From assembly GCF_006345805.1 (NCBI RefSeq), contig NC_043002.1, positions 62,558,001 to 62,622,000 of the forward strand: a stretch of 64,000 nt of DNA. The letters are read 5' to 3'. A program made the translations under genes and the position numbers. The notes beneath the pieces are model-generated. The model saw nothing but the letters and a program-made list of their open reading frames with translations. It was not told the origin of the DNA and searched no databases. Origin of the DNA: Octopus sinensis (Eukaryota). Shown here piece by piece: positions 62,498 to 64,000 of this stretch; within the stretch, counting starts at the first letter, position 1, and every line of letters starts with the position of its first letter.

Positions 62498-62712
62498 ATA
62501 TATATATGTATATATATATGTATATATATGTATCTATATATATAGGTATATATATGTATATATATATATATATGTATATATATATAATATGTATATGTAT
62601 ATATATATATGATATATAAGAATATATTATATGTATATATATATATAGGTATATATATATATGTATATATTATATATGTGTGATTATATATAGTATCTAT
62701 ATATATATATGG

Positions 62713-62762
<50 letters not shown>

Positions 62763-62872
62763 TGTATATATATATATGATATATGTGTATATATATATAT
62801 TATGTGTATATATATATATAATGGGTATATATATATATGATATTATATATATGTATATATGTATTATATATG

Positions 62873-62928
<56 letters not shown>

Positions 62929-63395
62929 TGTCTATATATATATATATGTTATATATATATATGTATAATAGGTATATAATATATGTATATATATATATAT
63001 TATATATATGTATATATATATATATGTAATATATTATATGTGTAATATATATATGTATATATATATAGTAATATATATTATATATATGTATATATCTATG
63101 TATATAATATATGTATATATATATATATGTATATATATCTATATGTATATATATAATATGTATCTATATATGTATATATATATATATGTATATATATATC
63201 TAGTATATATATATGTATATATAATATAGTATATATATGGTATATATATATATATTGTAATATATATATGTATATATATATATCTATATATCTATATATA
63301 TATATATATATTATCTATATATAGATATATATATATATATGTATATTATAATATATATATATAGATATATATATATATATATATATATAGATATA

Positions 63396-63437
<42 letters not shown>

Positions 63438-63840
63438 GATATATATATGTATAGAGATATATATATGTATATATAGAGATATATATTATATATAGATATA
63501 TAGTAATATATATATAGATGTTATATATATATATATATGTATATAGATATATATGTTAGATAGATATATATATATATAGGTTATTATATATATATTTAAG
63601 TATATATATGTATATATTATATATATATGTATATTAGATATATATGTATATATATATCTATAATATTATAGGATAGATAGATGTATGTATATATATGTTA
63701 GATAGGATATAGATATATATAATATATGGATATATATATATAGTATATATGATATATATGTAGATATATATATATATATGTATTATATATATATATATAT
63801 GTATATAGATATATATGTATATGTATATATATAGTATATG

Positions 63841-63887
<47 letters not shown>

Positions 63888-63904
63888 GTATATATATATA
63901 TATA

Positions 63905-63939
<35 letters not shown>

Positions 63940-64000
63940 GTATATGTATATATATATATATGTATATATATATATGTATATATATATATAGTGATATATA
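61565..64000. repeat. 2.4-kb degenerate (TA)n microsatellite running to the window end
   Basis: Direct inspection of the sequence. Confidence 0.95.

Overview
AT-rich, microsatellite-saturated eukaryotic DNA. The repeat families are ones I recognise from memory as cephalopod (Octopus-like); this assignment is an inference, not a database result. No host protein-coding gene can be supported, and the long ORFs in the track are simple-repeat artefacts. The window is a mosaic of tRNA-derived SINEs (three families, called A, B and C here) and decayed retroelement fragments: R4/Dong-type REL endonuclease 3' ends in (TAA)n, RTE, CR1, a Penelope-like RT, and a Gypsy protease. It also holds Tc1/mariner, hAT and Merlin-like MITEs, several with intact TIRs and TSDs. 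The most interesting signal is a set of short non-coding elements carrying minimal type-I hammerhead ribozyme motifs (CUGAUGA/CUGACGA-stem II-GAAA-palindromic stem III-NUH), in at least four sequence families. These sit in (TA)n or (TAA)n microsatellites and repeatedly show 5' fold-back inversions. One family has a tRNA-like Pol III head (a hammerhead SINE) and occurs as a head-to-head dimer at 57.4-57.9 kb. Another forms a perfect 131-bp palindrome centred on the ribozyme core at 59.85-59.98 kb. A 28S rRNA-SINE chimera with a single 14-bp TSD interrupts an old RTE at 33.7-34.2 kb. All coordinates were read by eye, so repeat edges may be off by several bases.
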